Virus record (IMG/VR): IMGVR_UViG_3300020183_000007
Coordinates: 32,001-96,000 of that record
Length of the DNA: 64,000 nucleotides
Direction: 5' to 3' (one strand)
Origin: a virus
Shown here: positions 17,259 through 27,768 of the stretch, in pieces
Numbering within the stretch: position 1 is the stretch's first letter
How the letters are laid out: each line of letters starts with the position of its first letter
The notes under the pieces: generated by a model
Seen by the model: the letters and a program-made list of their open reading frames with translations, nothing else
Database searches by the model: none
Told to the model about the DNA's origin: nothing
Made by a program: the position numbers and the translations under genes

Positions 17259-20200
17259 TTATCTAACCCCTGCACTTATGTCAATTTGTTGACCACCAAA
17301 TGGATTCATTACCGGAGTAACAGAACCGCTAACTCCCATGCCATTCATTAAAGAGCGCAACCTATATGACACATCAGCATTGGAGTTCGAAGAGTAGTCA
17401 AACCGAGGATAACTCGGATTAGCCAAATTAGCTTCTCTTATTTGTTGAGGATAGTAACCCATTTGAGACATTTCAAGACCCATGTGCTGACCTATTTTAA
17501 TCTTAACAGAGTCCATATTTGTATTGGGATGCCAGCCCTCCCACCCCTCACCGGGAAGTTCGTGTCTACTAAAATAATCTGTTAACTCTGGACGCTTCTC
17601 AACAGGCATCCCCCATGCTGCTTCGTATATTCTTCTTTCTAATCTTCCAGCTGTAGAAAGTATCCTTTCCCTATCTTCTTCTGGAGCATTAATCATTGCC
17701 TTAAAATGCTCTCTCTTCCTTTTTGGAATCGCTAAAGATAAAGATTCTACATCACTTCCATATTTACCTGTACCAATAGCTTCTATTGGTGCTCCATACA
17801 TTGTTCTTTTTGCTGCTGATCTAAACTGAAAAGCTGCTGCTGCGTCTCCGGAAGATTCTGCCATGTTAGCTAACCTTGTATTTTTTACATAACTTAGAAT
17901 ATCAGCATACTCTTCAAGGGCTAATTCCTTTTTTCTTTCTATTGGTATAAATCTATCTCCAGTTATTGCCTCTTGAAGATTTGCCCCAGTAGAAGCTACT
18001 AAACCAGTCGCGGCACCTAGGCCAGACATGACTAATTTTCCAGGCTGCGTTCTACCTGCAAAGAGTCCGAAAGCAGCTAAGCTTGCAGAAGCAGCTAATG
18101 GATTTCTATCTGCAGCTTTGTTAAGCATTGGTTCTATAAAGCTTTCAAATGGCCTTTGCCATTCGGGGAATGTAGCCCCATAAACATTATTTCTTTCCCA
18201 ATCTTCTACTGCTGTCTGTTTATTAATAAATTTTCTATTGATAAAAGTATCTCTGTGAGCAATGTATTCTGCAGCTCTGGATAGATTGTGGACTAATGGA
18301 TTAGTTCCAGCTTCTTGAGCGGTTTTGCCCACATGACTGTATTCAGAAAAGCTTTCCTTCTGCTGTATAGATGCCACTCTCTCTCTAATGCTGTCTGCTT
18401 GCAGTCTTTCTGATGGATCATCTAAATAGCTGTTAATTTTTTTATCTAAATATCTATACTGCTTAGAATATGGAGCGACATCACCAAGTATTTTAAACTG
18501 ATCCAATAAACCATATCTTCCAGTTTCGTCTGAATGTAACTGGTTTAATCTTTCATAAGCGACTCCGGGTAAACGCAATTCGCCTTCTTGAACTTTTGTA
18601 AAAGGATCTCCCCTAGTAAAATCTAAATAATATTCTGGTCCTGGCAAAAATGGATACTGTTTGCCCATGGTGTTTTGTATTGGATTAAGGTAATCCACAC
18701 CAGTTCTTTCTTTTGGTATAAATCTTCTAGTTATTTCGGAAAATTCTATCGAACCAAAATTTCTTCCACCCAACATTGGAACGTCGCCAAGTCCACCAAG
18801 ATTATAATCCCAGAACTGCCTACTCATACCGTATGCTTTAGAGGCAGACTGTAGAACAGCTCTTTGTGGTTCAAAGTCTCCTTGACCATATCCAAAAGAT
18901 TCTCTGAATGTTGCGCTAGCAAAACCATAGATACCTAAGGCCTCTTGGGTTCTGTACCCAAATTCTTGAAGCTGCACCTGTGGATCGCTAACTGAAATTG
19001 GCGAACCTGCACCAACAATTCTTGGCGGCATCATCCCAGGAGTTTTTGGTGGACCATATGCCATCTGAGTATACTGATTATTTATTTGACCTATATTTTG
19101 CATAGTCGAATATTTAGCAGTATTTAAAGCTCCTGCCCTGCCTGCCAACTGAGCATTTATTGATGCCTGCATTCCTGGTCCGGGCCCACCAGAAGAAACA
19201 CCCATTGACATCATAGGCATTCCCCCCTGCGCTGATCCGCCAATAAAAGCTTGACCAGATTGCTGCTGCGCAGCTTGCCCTGGCAGCATTGGCATGGCTG
19301 CTTGCTGCAAATAAGCGCTTGCATCATATGCTCCAGACTGCCCTGCTGGAGCATAGTTTGATAAGGCTTGGGAAACTTCTTGTTCGTGCATTTTTACTTG
19401 AGGCTTTAATACTCTACCCAAAGTGGCATTTAGAGCAGGAGTTAGCGGACCAAAAGGACCAGAAAAATACTCTCCACTCACAGGATAAGGTCTGTCCTCA
19501 TAATGTTTTCTTTCAAAACGATATGGATCCAATGGACGCAGTGGAGATACATCTGTATAAAATAACGCTCTTTCAATAGGTGAACCATACGTGTCAGAAG
19601 TAAACATCGACCCTGTTTCAATCTTACGATAAATGCTAGGCCTATAATACATTATCTTTCCGCCCATAAAAGGCGTATTACCTAATGGCCAAAAACGACC
19701 TTGTCTTATGGGTACTTCGCCCTCAAAAAGCTGTTCTCTTTTTTCTTCATAGCTCATTCCGCCAGGCATAATTCCCGCACCTAATGCATGAACTTCGCCT
19801 ACAGCTTTTGCGGCAGCGCCAACAAAGAATGGAGAATAAACCCTTTCTCCTCTTGCATCTTTTTCGTTTACCATTCCACCAATTGTTCTATCAGCAGTCA
19901 TAAACGCTAATCCACCGGCATATAGTGGTAATACTCTTTTGCCTATCATACCTCGCGCAAAAAGATCCAATGGAGAGCCATACTGATTTACGTCTAGTTG
20001 CAAACCAACTGTGCCAAAATATTTATTTAATCTTTCCACACCATGAGAAACTGCGGCAGAGAGATTAGAATAATTTTCCGGACTACTATAAGTATTTATC
20101 CCTGCAACACTCTTTAATGCGCCTACAGGATTTCTAGAAAATACGCTACCAAAAGTAGGAACCAATAAAACGTCTGCTCCAGGCCCAGTAGCAGAACCCA

Positions 20201-23200
20201 GTGGGTCTGTAGCTAAATGAGATATCTTAAACGATGCGGTGCTTAGTGAGGGATATAATAATTTTTTAGCTAAACCCAGCTTACCTATTTCTCCAACTCT
20301 TTCAATTGAACCTGTTGCAAATGGCTGAATTAGTTCAGGGGCAGCTTCTAATGATTCTATTGTATTTGCAAGTGCTCTTCTTTGAACCTGAATTTCTTTT
20401 AGAAAGGATCTGTTAGCTCTTACTGAGTTTAGATTGGTTAGAGCTCCAAATGCTGCGGCTTGTGCTTCGGCCAATTCGCCAGCTGGCATTTCTTTAGCCA
20501 TCTGTGCTAAAGCTTGGTTTATTTTAATAAAATTTTGACCAAATGTTTGACTCGTACTATTTGCAATTAATTCATTTCTTTGAATTAAAAACTTAAATAA
20601 TTCGTTTGTTAACTCATCTTCTCTTGTAATAATTGTTGGGCTAACCGAACGAATTTGTGAACCAGATAAAAGATCTGATTCTTCTAATACTTTCCTAATT
20701 CTAGATTCACTTTGGTACAACGTTGCGGGATCAATGCCCTGTCTTCTTAAAACATTTGCATCTCTTTCGATATTTCTAAGTAAGACATTAGCGAAGTCTA
20801 TTTTGTCTTGCACATTCTGAAGATCAGTTATTCTCCTACCATTAAATGTAGCTAAGGCCGGATCTGCTACTTCAATTTTTTGCATTGCACGTCGAGAAAA
20901 ACCGGCTTTAAATGTTCTTCTTCTAAAACCTTCAAAAGCTTCTAGCAAAGCTTTTTCTGAAACCATTTCTTGACCAGTTTCGGCATTGATTACATTTACC
21001 TTTTGAACATTGCCATCTACATCTTTAATGATGTTCCTTCTTAAGGTGCCGGCTTTTGTGATGATATCTTTTCCGGCTATTACTTCTGCAAAAAATCTAG
21101 GATTTTCTGGATCGATATTTCTTCTAGAAAATCTAGACATGAAACCAAATATTGAGTTTGGCTGGTCATAGTTTATATCAAAAGCTTGTCTAAATCTCAA
21201 TTCTTTTTCTGGCGTTACACCAAATCTAGATAGAGCAGAAAAGAATTTACTTCTAAATGTATTTTCCTGATAGTTTAAAGAGTTAAGTGACTCAGCATCT
21301 CTTTCGGCAGCAGCGTTTCTGGCTGCACGAGTTAAAAGCTGCGAACTGTTTTTCTTTAAAGGTCTAAAAGTTCCATCTAATGTTCTAGAAGTGTATTGTT
21401 GAGCCATGACGTTGTAATTAAACGCCATAACATTGCCTTTGGTTTTTCCACCACTAAAAAATAAATAGAAGTCAGCAGATTTATCTGCTTCCTGCAAAAA
21501 CGGCTGAGAAATTTTACCTTGGATAAATTGGAATGGTGCTCGTCCAGACATTTCATTAAACGACTGCTTAGCGGCTAAATCTGCTGGATTAAAACCAAGA
21601 ACTGGTATTCTTAAATCATTAGCTAAAAAGTTTCCAACATTTCTTACAGACTGTTTTATTCCAGAAACATCTAAAATATTACCTGTTTTAGTGATAAAGA
21701 TATCAGGAAGAACAGAAACACTCGAAGCTGTTTTTGTTGGATCAGCCCTAACCATACTGGATGATAATTGATTAATAAAACTTTGAGTTTCCTCATCTAG
21801 ATTTGCGAACACTCCACGTTGAGTTGCCTCGTCAACAGTTATTTGCCTTAAACCTAAAAGATTAAAACCGCTAGCAAAAACACCAGAGCTTATTTGCTTT
21901 TCTCTAACAAGAAAACTTCTTAGCTGACCAAGGTTTTTTACATCAAGACCAACCTTACCTAAAGACTCCCCTAACTCACCCCTAGTTAAGTCTGTGCCAT
22001 CAGCTGATTTTAGTTTCATTCCTAATCTTTGAGCAGATCTTTTAATTAGAAAATCTTTTTGTGCGTAAGATAAGTTATCCAAATCAAGAAAATCTTCAAA
22101 ATCTGCTTTCTTAGTTTTTAAAACTTTTCCAGCTACCTTAAACATTCCTTGTTCCTGGAATGCCTTATACCCCTTTGTGGCTTTAGCTTTTATGGCGGCC
22201 TGAAACTCTGCTCCTGCGAAGAGTCTGTTTGCATCAATGATTGATTGCTGTAGAACATCAGAATTGCCAACTTTTTGAACAAATTCATCTGCTCTATTTT
22301 TTGATAAAGTTCCTTTAAATCTATTTATTATTTCGTCAAATGGCTCATCGCCATCAAGGAGTATTTTAGTTTCGCCTATAGTTATTCTTCTTGATGGCTC
22401 CATAGCGGTTTTATTGATATCTATATCGTCAATAAACTTTGCTATAGTTTTTGCAAAATCATCTCTATCTGACGTTGCAGTTTTTTCCATCAAAGATCTA
22501 TATAAGACCTTCTTATACTCGGTTTGCTCTATTCCCTTATAGAACTCTGACGAATAAAAACTCTCAGAACCCATTGGTCCACCAAATGTTCTAGCCATTT
22601 TGCTAGCCATAGTGGCCATTCTATTGGAAGAGTTAGCTTGAAGATTTTCTATAATTCCTTTTAGCTGCCTTCTGTAGGCGTCAGGATTTGCAGCGCCATA
22701 TTTTTGAACAGCAGCATCAAAGTCAATGGCTCTAGTTACGACATCGTAACCTTGACCTACTTTACGGAATTGATTTATACCCTGTCTAACGGCACTGCCA
22801 ACGCCTCTAAGTCCAGGAAATAAATCTATATATCCAGAATTTCCATTAACGTCATTACCAAATGCGTATTGGGTCGCTACATTTCTTGCCCTTTTAAGCT
22901 TAGACCCCTTGGAATCTTCATAGATTTGCTTTGCTCTAAGATTTCTTGTTCTTGAAAGAATCGTATTAATATCAACTCTTTGTTGATTATATTCTGTAGT
23001 AGCAGCTTTTATCGCTCCACTGGTTTGAGCAGAAACTTTTATAGCTTTTTGAGTTATATTTGCTAAATCATGACCAACTTCAGACATAATATCTGCCAAA
23101 TTAACAAACATTCTTGAAGAAGTTGTTTTCAGATCTGTCGTGCCAGTCGACCTTGCCAAGTCTGACATTGAATATCTAAAATTAGACAGTGAAGATCTAG

Positions 23201-23954
23201 CATTCCCGATGGCAGCGCCACCGACTTCGAACGGAATCATCATTGAGACTAGGTTAATTGTGGAATCTTTAACAAAATCTGTAACTACGTCAACAGGATT
23301 ATACCATTTAACCTTAGAATCGTCTCTACCGCCAAAAATTGGATCAACTATAGCTTTCTGACCAACATACATCGCCGGCAGTTCGTAGGGCATTCTACGG
23401 GCCATAGAGACTAAGCGAGACTGAGATTCCTCTCGGAAACCCCATACTCCAGCTGTCTCATACTCTATCCCTTTTCCACTTCTTCTAATTTCTCCAGCAG
23501 TCCAGTGATAACCTCTGTCTGTGTGCTTGATCACGCCGGTAGTAAGCTTGCCTTCTGCTGTCTCAAAGACAAGTCGGGAATACGGATCTAGTTGATCGGG
23601 AGTATTCCCATCAATCATTCGGCTAACACCAGAAAGCTCGTCTAACTCTTTTCTGATTTTAGGAAATACATTAACAATATTAGAAGAAAATCTGCTAGCA
23701 CCACTGTCAGCTCTATCCTGAACAGTCTTGGCCAGCCTTAGTCCACCCTCTTTTGTTAGCTTTGACAAAACAAAAGCCGAAGCCATTGTTGTTGCTGCAG
23801 TAGATATAAATCTTAGAACAGGGTGATCATTTAAAGCTTTTGTAATAAAAGACGAATTAGGGGCATCTCCCCTTTCTTCATCAACCATAGTTGGGACGTC
23901 TCTAGACGTCACGCTGTAGCCTAGATTATGAATAGGTCCCGGATCTCTAATCAA
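17259..23954 (-). CDS. Tape-measure-like / DNA-delivery protein (2231 aa)
   Basis: Very long, largely helical-looking ORF directly after the tail chaperone genes, which is the canonical TMP position. TTG start with an AGGGA SD. Several Gly/Ala-rich hydrophobic stretches. Confidence 0.65.
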   Translation of the reverse strand: MIRDPGPIHNLGYSVTSRDVPTMVDEERGDAPNSSFITKALNDHPVLRFISTAATTMASAFVLSKLTKEGGLRLAKTVQDRADSGASRFSSNIVNVFPKIRKELDELSGVSRMIDGNTPDQLDPYSRLVFETAEGKLTTGVIKHTDRGYHWTAGEIRRSGKGIEYETAGVWGFREESQSRLVSMARRMPYELPAMYVGQKAIVDPIFGGRDDSKVKWYNPVDVVTDFVKDSTINLVSMMIPFEVGGAAIGNARSSLSNFRYSMSDLARSTGTTDLKTTSSRMFVNLADIMSEVGHDLANITQKAIKVSAQTSGAIKAATTEYNQQRVDINTILSRTRNLRAKQIYEDSKGSKLKRARNVATQYAFGNDVNGNSGYIDLFPGLRGVGSAVRQGINQFRKVGQGYDVVTRAIDFDAAVQKYGAANPDAYRRQLKGIIENLQANSSNRMATMASKMARTFGGPMGSESFYSSEFYKGIEQTEYKKVLYRSLMEKTATSDRDDFAKTIAKFIDDIDINKTAMEPSRRITIGETKILLDGDEPFDEIINRFKGTLSKNRADEFVQKVGNSDVLQQSIIDANRLFAGAEFQAAIKAKATKGYKAFQEQGMFKVAGKVLKTKKADFEDFLDLDNLSYAQKDFLIKRSAQRLGMKLKSADGTDLTRGELGESLGKVGLDVKNLGQLRSFLVREKQISSGVFASGFNLLGLRQITVDEATQRGVFANLDEETQSFINQLSSSMVRADPTKTASSVSVLPDIFITKTGNILDVSGIKQSVRNVGNFLANDLRIPVLGFNPADLAAKQSFNEMSGRAPFQFIQGKISQPFLQEADKSADFYLFFSGGKTKGNVMAFNYNVMAQQYTSRTLDGTFRPLKKNSSQLLTRAARNAAAERDAESLNSLNYQENTFRSKFFSALSRFGVTPEKELRFRQAFDINYDQPNSIFGFMSRFSRRNIDPENPRFFAEVIAGKDIITKAGTLRRNIIKDVDGNVQKVNVINAETGQEMVSEKALLEAFEGFRRRTFKAGFSRRAMQKIEVADPALATFNGRRITDLQNVQDKIDFANVLLRNIERDANVLRRQGIDPATLYQSESRIRKVLEESDLLSGSQIRSVSPTIITREDELTNELFKFLIQRNELIANSTSQTFGQNFIKINQALAQMAKEMPAGELAEAQAAAFGALTNLNSVRANRSFLKEIQVQRRALANTIESLEAAPELIQPFATGSIERVGEIGKLGLAKKLLYPSLSTASFKISHLATDPLGSATGPGADVLLVPTFGSVFSRNPVGALKSVAGINTYSSPENYSNLSAAVSHGVERLNKYFGTVGLQLDVNQYGSPLDLFARGMIGKRVLPLYAGGLAFMTADRTIGGMVNEKDARGERVYSPFFVGAAAKAVGEVHALGAGIMPGGMSYEEKREQLFEGEVPIRQGRFWPLGNTPFMGGKIMYYRPSIYRKIETGSMFTSDTYGSPIERALFYTDVSPLRPLDPYRFERKHYEDRPYPVSGEYFSGPFGPLTPALNATLGRVLKPQVKMHEQEVSQALSNYAPAGQSGAYDASAYLQQAAMPMLPGQAAQQQSGQAFIGGSAQGGMPMMSMGVSSGGPGPGMQASINAQLAGRAGALNTAKYSTMQNIGQINNQYTQMAYGPPKTPGMMPPRIVGAGSPISVSDPQVQLQEFGYRTQEALGIYGFASATFRESFGYGQGDFEPQRAVLQSASKAYGMSRQFWDYNLGGLGDVPMLGGRNFGSIEFSEITRRFIPKERTGVDYLNPIQNTMGKQYPFLPGPEYYLDFTRGDPFTKVQEGELRLPGVAYERLNQLHSDETGRYGLLDQFKILGDVAPYSKQYRYLDKKINSYLDDPSERLQADSIRERVASIQQKESFSEYSHVGKTAQEAGTNPLVHNLSRAAEYIAHRDTFINRKFINKQTAVEDWERNNVYGATFPEWQRPFESFIEPMLNKAADRNPLAASASLAAFGLFAGRTQPGKLVMSGLGAATGLVASTGANLQEAITGDRFIPIERKKELALEEYADILSYVKNTRLANMAESSGDAAAAFQFRSAAKRTMYGAPIEAIGTGKYGSDVESLSLAIPKRKREHFKAMINAPEEDRERILSTAGRLERRIYEAAWGMPVEKRPELTDYFSRHELPGEGWEGWHPNTNMDSVKIKIGQHMGLEMSQMGYYPQQIREANLANPSYPRFDYSSNSNADVSYRLRSLMNGMGVSGSVTPVMNPFGGQQIDISAGVR

Positions 23955-23967
23955 TTTCTTTCCCTAC

Positions 23968-24597
23968 TTATCTTATACCCCACAGCTTTTGGGCAATAGG
24001 ATCTTCATATACAGCCTCGCCATCTTTCTTGGAAAGATTATGTCTAGCTGCAGAAATCTTCTGTTTTTGCTCTTCTTCTTCGGGATCTATCAACTGAATC
24101 TTTAAGTCAGTAGATTCCATACCATTAGCATTTTGTTTTATTTCAATTATCTTTTCAGATAAAGCTACTTTTTCTGCTAATTCAGAGAAAGTCATATTCT
24201 CCAAATCTTCTGGAGTATATGATGTTATAGTAGCTAAAACAAATGCTTTCATTAAATTTTTAACTTCAGTTGCTTCAAACCTTTTTTCATCAAGAATTCT
24301 CTTAGCAATTGAAGCACTGAAGAAGCCAGATATATCTAATATTTCGGAAGACAAGTTGGCAACAATACCCGGGGGTATCGTCATCGTATCGAAACCCTCC
24401 GGGTATATTACGGCAAATTCGAGAATAATATCTTCGATGTCAGAAGAGTCAACATCTTCTAGGGTTTTTAGATAAAGAATTTTATCGTATTCTTTGAAGG
24501 TTAATTCTCTGAAAACAACAGTTTCATTTTTTATATTAACACTATAAATGTTGCCGTATTTATTTTTCAAAGAAAAAATAAAATCAGCTGTTAACAT
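23968..24597 (-). CDS. Tail assembly chaperone-like protein 2 (209 aa)
   Basis: Between the tube genes and the TMP. Shares K-YG-IY, R-L---EY--I, YP and IL-SGF motifs with the upstream 185-aa gene. Confidence 0.65.
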   Translation of the reverse strand: MLTADFIFSLKNKYGNIYSVNIKNETVVFRELTFKEYDKILYLKTLEDVDSSDIEDIILEFAVIYPEGFDTMTIPPGIVANLSSEILDISGFFSASIAKRILDEKRFEATEVKNLMKAFVLATITSYTPEDLENMTFSELAEKVALSEKIIEIKQNANGMESTDLKIQLIDPEEEEQKQKISAARHNLSKKDGEAVYEDPIAQKLWGIR

Positions 24598-24598
24598 T

Positions 24599-25156
24599 TT
24601 ATAACTGTCTTACCTCTAGCGCTACGAATCCAGAAGCCTCTAATACCTCCTGGGATATTAGTGATGGCAAGCCAGCCATAAACCCTACTGCATTGGTCTT
24701 ATCAAATCTAGGGTAGAGCATACACAGTTCAGCTATAGTTTCTTCGTTCCAAAGATTAGCCTCAGCTGTAGATAACTGACCAGACTGAACCAATTGCTCC
24801 ATCTTCTTAACAATTTGCTTGTATTCAGCTCTATTAAGAACACGCCACACAACATGCTTATCATATGTGATTGAGGTGACATAAATGTCGCCGTACTGCT
24901 TTTTCCACTCTTTGACAATACCGGCTTTAGGACCGTCTTTCCAGATTTCTTCTTCGTCTGGGACCTGTTCTATGTCGGTATACTGCTTTTGTTCCTCTTC
25001 AGCGATATCTGCCAAAAACTGCTCATCATCTTCCAATTCAACATCCATAGAATTTATATCATCAGATCCTGAAAGGGTAAAATTAATTTCCTGAGAAGTA
25101 TTTGTATCTTCTATTTCTAGATTCTGTAAAACAACTTTTCTTTTATTTTCCATCAT
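24599..25156 (-). CDS. Tail assembly chaperone-like protein 1 (185 aa)
   Basis: Canonical chaperone position, acidic N-terminus, AAGGAG SD. Paralog of 23968-24597. Confidence 0.65.
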   Translation of the reverse strand: MMENKRKVVLQNLEIEDTNTSQEINFTLSGSDDINSMDVELEDDEQFLADIAEEEQKQYTDIEQVPDEEEIWKDGPKAGIVKEWKKQYGDIYVTSITYDKHVVWRVLNRAEYKQIVKKMEQLVQSGQLSTAEANLWNEETIAELCMLYPRFDKTNAVGFMAGLPSLISQEVLEASGFVALEVRQL

Positions 25157-25173
25157 ATCTCCTTGAACTAATC

Positions 25174-25189
25174 ATTATACATTATATCA
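25174..25189 (-). promoter_or_regulatory. Extended -10 promoter (TGATATAAT, overlapping TGTATAAT)
   Basis: Minus strand reads TATGATATAATGTATAAT in the intergenic gap, about 20-30 nt upstream of the chaperone start. Confidence 0.55.
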
Positions 25190-25192
25190 TAA

Positions 25193-26194
25193 TCATATTA
25201 TAGGAGCTAAACCACCTAGTGTTTGACCCAAATTTGTTACATAATTTAAATTCTCCGCAATTGCCAAAGGTGCCAACGGACCAGAAGAAACATTTTCAGC
25301 CGAAGCTCTCTTTATAAAAGTTGTGTCTACCTCTGTGAAATAATGATCTCTTGCCATAAATTGATAAGTTTCCACAACTGGCTGCCCACCTGGGGCATAT
25401 ACTGTTGACATATTAATCAGGTTTACTTCTTGTATTACAATTTTCATTGGAGAACTTAAAGAAGTGGATTTAACCACTCTTTGATTAACGTCAGAAAGCA
25501 TTGTTCTAGAAAGATTATCTAAAGAACCATTAAATTCTAGATCATTTGTATCTGTCTGAAATAGGTTTTTGGGCGACAAAGCGACTTCCTCCATGCCATA
25601 AACTATAACAAGGTTAAAAGGAGGATGTGCGCTAAATATATTTCTATTAGAGTCTATGATATTCTTAAAATATGGATCATCTGTAATTCTGTCTAACTGA
25701 CCTCTTTCCCAATATTTATCAATTAAAGCCTCATCTTCTTCTGTTTCTAATTGGCTTCTTAAATTAGATAGAACTCTGCCTGGAGCACTTTTGTTATTTG
25801 CTAGTGCAGATCTAGTTGATGCTGCCTTCTCTAGTAATTCCGTCATCCTTCTCGGGTATCTAGTGTATAAGGCTATTTCTCCAGTTATAATTCTAGTTCC
25901 ATACATTATAGCATCGTAATTGTATGACCAAAATCCATATAATGGCTGTTTTTCTTGACGTACATTGAAAGCAAAAGTTGCTATATCTAATTCATCATTG
26001 GGATCAAATAATCCATCAATAAAAATTTTGATATCCTCTCCGCTAAAGTAATAATCGTAATAGTTGCTAAATCTTCGATCTGTAGAATTACCACCACTCC
26101 AAGTTAAGTCTAGTCTTTCATTGATTGGATTAAATTCTTTTCTAGCGTTACTGGAAAAAATTCCAGGAAAAACCTGTGCAATTGGTGCTGGCAT
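25193..26194 (-). CDS. Tail tube-like protein 3 (minor tube/baseplate initiator, 333 aa)
   Basis: YFSGEDIKIF, VRQEKQPLYG, GTRIITGEI and HPPFNLVIVYG match the motifs of the 220-aa tube gene. Confidence 0.7.
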   Translation of the reverse strand: MPAPIAQVFPGIFSSNARKEFNPINERLDLTWSGGNSTDRRFSNYYDYYFSGEDIKIFIDGLFDPNDELDIATFAFNVRQEKQPLYGFWSYNYDAIMYGTRIITGEIALYTRYPRRMTELLEKAASTRSALANNKSAPGRVLSNLRSQLETEEDEALIDKYWERGQLDRITDDPYFKNIIDSNRNIFSAHPPFNLVIVYGMEEVALSPKNLFQTDTNDLEFNGSLDNLSRTMLSDVNQRVVKSTSLSSPMKIVIQEVNLINMSTVYAPGGQPVVETYQFMARDHYFTEVDTTFIKRASAENVSSGPLAPLAIAENLNYVTNLGQTLGGLAPII

Positions 26195-26206
26195 GATATT
26201 ACCTTT

Positions 26207-27004
26207 CTAGAGACGGAATCTTCGAGGAGGCACAACCTCAACCGGAACTGTTGGTCTATTGTAGTTTGTATTATAATATTCAGTTTCTTCAACTTGCTCC
26301 TGCAGAGCAGCTAGATCAGCAATAATTAAATCACCAAAAACATTTGTACTGATTTGATCCCTAGCTTTCATCTCATCAGTGTAGGATGTGTCCCTGGAAA
26401 CTGTACTATCATCAGGCATTCTGACCAGAGGTTGTATGCCCCTAGCCATATAGGTGTATGTTTGTTCGGTAATTAAGTCATCTATAGATAGAGTCTGCCC
26501 TTCATCGACTATTGTTACTCCAAATATTTTCATCTTTGAACCAATACCATATTCATTGAAGAATGTTATAACAATATCAAATGGGGGCAACATATCTGCC
26601 AATGGAGCAAAGTACCCGGTTTTTCTTGCTAAATATTGCTTAAATTCTTTTATACGATAAAAAGCGTACTCGTTAAAAACTGTAAATATTAAGCTTCCAG
26701 CAATTGTTCTGCCACCTTTTATAAATCCCCTAACGTTAACATGACCTAGCGTTCTTACTGGAGAATTCTCTCTGTGTATAGAATAGGAAATTGTTTGCAG
26801 TTCTCCAAGATTTATAGAATCTCCTTGAGACTCGACATTTCCATCTGGACCTATTACTGGTAAAACAATTGTGGCAACAGCGTCTGCGCCAGAATATGAC
26901 ATTGTAGATAAATATTTTTCCCAGTCATAAAGATCATTGCCACTTTGCGGAGCGGGTTCTTGTTGTTTACTTTTTCTAAAAGTATATGTTTTAATTTGTC
27001 CCAT
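26207..27004 (-). CDS. Tail tube-like protein 2 (about 265 aa; start moved to the ATG at 27004)
   Basis: YSGADAVATI, GELQTISYSIHRE, GGRTIAGSLIF, LPPFDIVITFFNEYG, IVDEGQTLSIDD. A GGAGA SD precedes ATG 27004. Confidence 0.75.
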   Translation of the reverse strand: MGQIKTYTFRKSKQQEPAPQSGNDLYDWEKYLSTMSYSGADAVATIVLPVIGPDGNVESQGDSINLGELQTISYSIHRENSPVRTLGHVNVRGFIKGGRTIAGSLIFTVFNEYAFYRIKEFKQYLARKTGYFAPLADMLPPFDIVITFFNEYGIGSKMKIFGVTIVDEGQTLSIDDLITEQTYTYMARGIQPLVRMPDDSTVSRDTSYTDEMKARDQISTNVFGDLIIADLAALQEQVEETEYYNTNYNRPTVPVEVVPPRRFRL

Positions 27005-27014
27005 TAAAATCTCC

Positions 27015-27051
27015 AAAAAATAAATAAATGCATGGAAGATACCTCCCATGC
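27015..27051 (-). terminator. Rho-independent terminator after the major tube gene
   Basis: Minus strand GCATGGGAG-GTAT-CTTCCATGC (9-bp stem with one G:U) followed by ATTTATTTATTTTTT. Confidence 0.7.
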
Positions 27052-27077
27052 ACTTATTTCGGCGACACTAGAAATTA

Positions 27078-27740
27078 TCAGGGTCTGATGATTGTTGTGT
27101 TCAATCCCTCAGGTGGTATTCCTGCCAAGTTAGTTGGATCAACAAGAGTGTCATTTCTAATTGTGTACATGGGACCAAGTTCACGGGCAACATATGTCAT
27201 TGTTTCTTCGATAACAATGTCATCCATTGAGGCGCCAGAACCCTCGTTGAGAAGCTCTACACCGAAGATCGATCTAACGGCAGCCTGGCCATACTCATTG
27301 GCAAATGTTACAGTAATGTCAAAGGGTGGAATTTGGTCAGCGTAGAAAGGAACCTTTCTAACTACTCCAGTCTTCTGCTCGTTTACTTCAGCGATGCCTC
27401 TTCTATGGCCATTATCGCCAGGAAGGGTATTGTGACTTCTGGTATAGAAGTCCATAGGTCTGTTTTGCGAGTAGTTCTGATCTAACATCTTGTATAGAGC
27501 TGGGCGATCAAAGACTGTAAAAATTAATGAACCAGCGATACCTCTTTTGCCTCTCGAAAAAGAGCGTGGGTTAGGTGATCCCATGGTGTAGATTGGGGCC
27601 TTTTCTCTGGTGACCGAGAAAGTAATGCCGGAAAGGGCACCTATTTCTACTCCACCAAATGTAGCTACAATGTCTGCACCTGAGAATGTGGTATAAGTAT
27701 TAAGATACTTGTTAACTGATGTATATTCCTCTGCTGCCAT
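27078..27740 (-). CDS. Major tail tube protein (220 aa)
   Basis: Directly follows the sheath gene, has a strong GGAGGG SD and is followed by a terminator. Motifs: TFSGADIVATF, ITFSVTREKAPIYTMG, RGKRGIAGSLIF, IPPFDITVTFANEYG. Confidence 0.85.
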   Translation of the reverse strand: MAAEEYTSVNKYLNTYTTFSGADIVATFGGVEIGALSGITFSVTREKAPIYTMGSPNPRSFSRGKRGIAGSLIFTVFDRPALYKMLDQNYSQNRPMDFYTRSHNTLPGDNGHRRGIAEVNEQKTGVVRKVPFYADQIPPFDITVTFANEYGQAAVRSIFGVELLNEGSGASMDDIVIEETMTYVARELGPMYTIRNDTLVDPTNLAGIPPEGLNTTIIRP

Positions 27741-27768
27741 TTTGTTTTACCCTCCTAATCGGTAATTG

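Noticed and set aside
24590-24610. Programmed frameshift between the tail chaperones
   Set aside because: No slippery heptamer at the junction. The second gene has its own ATG and is a full paralog.
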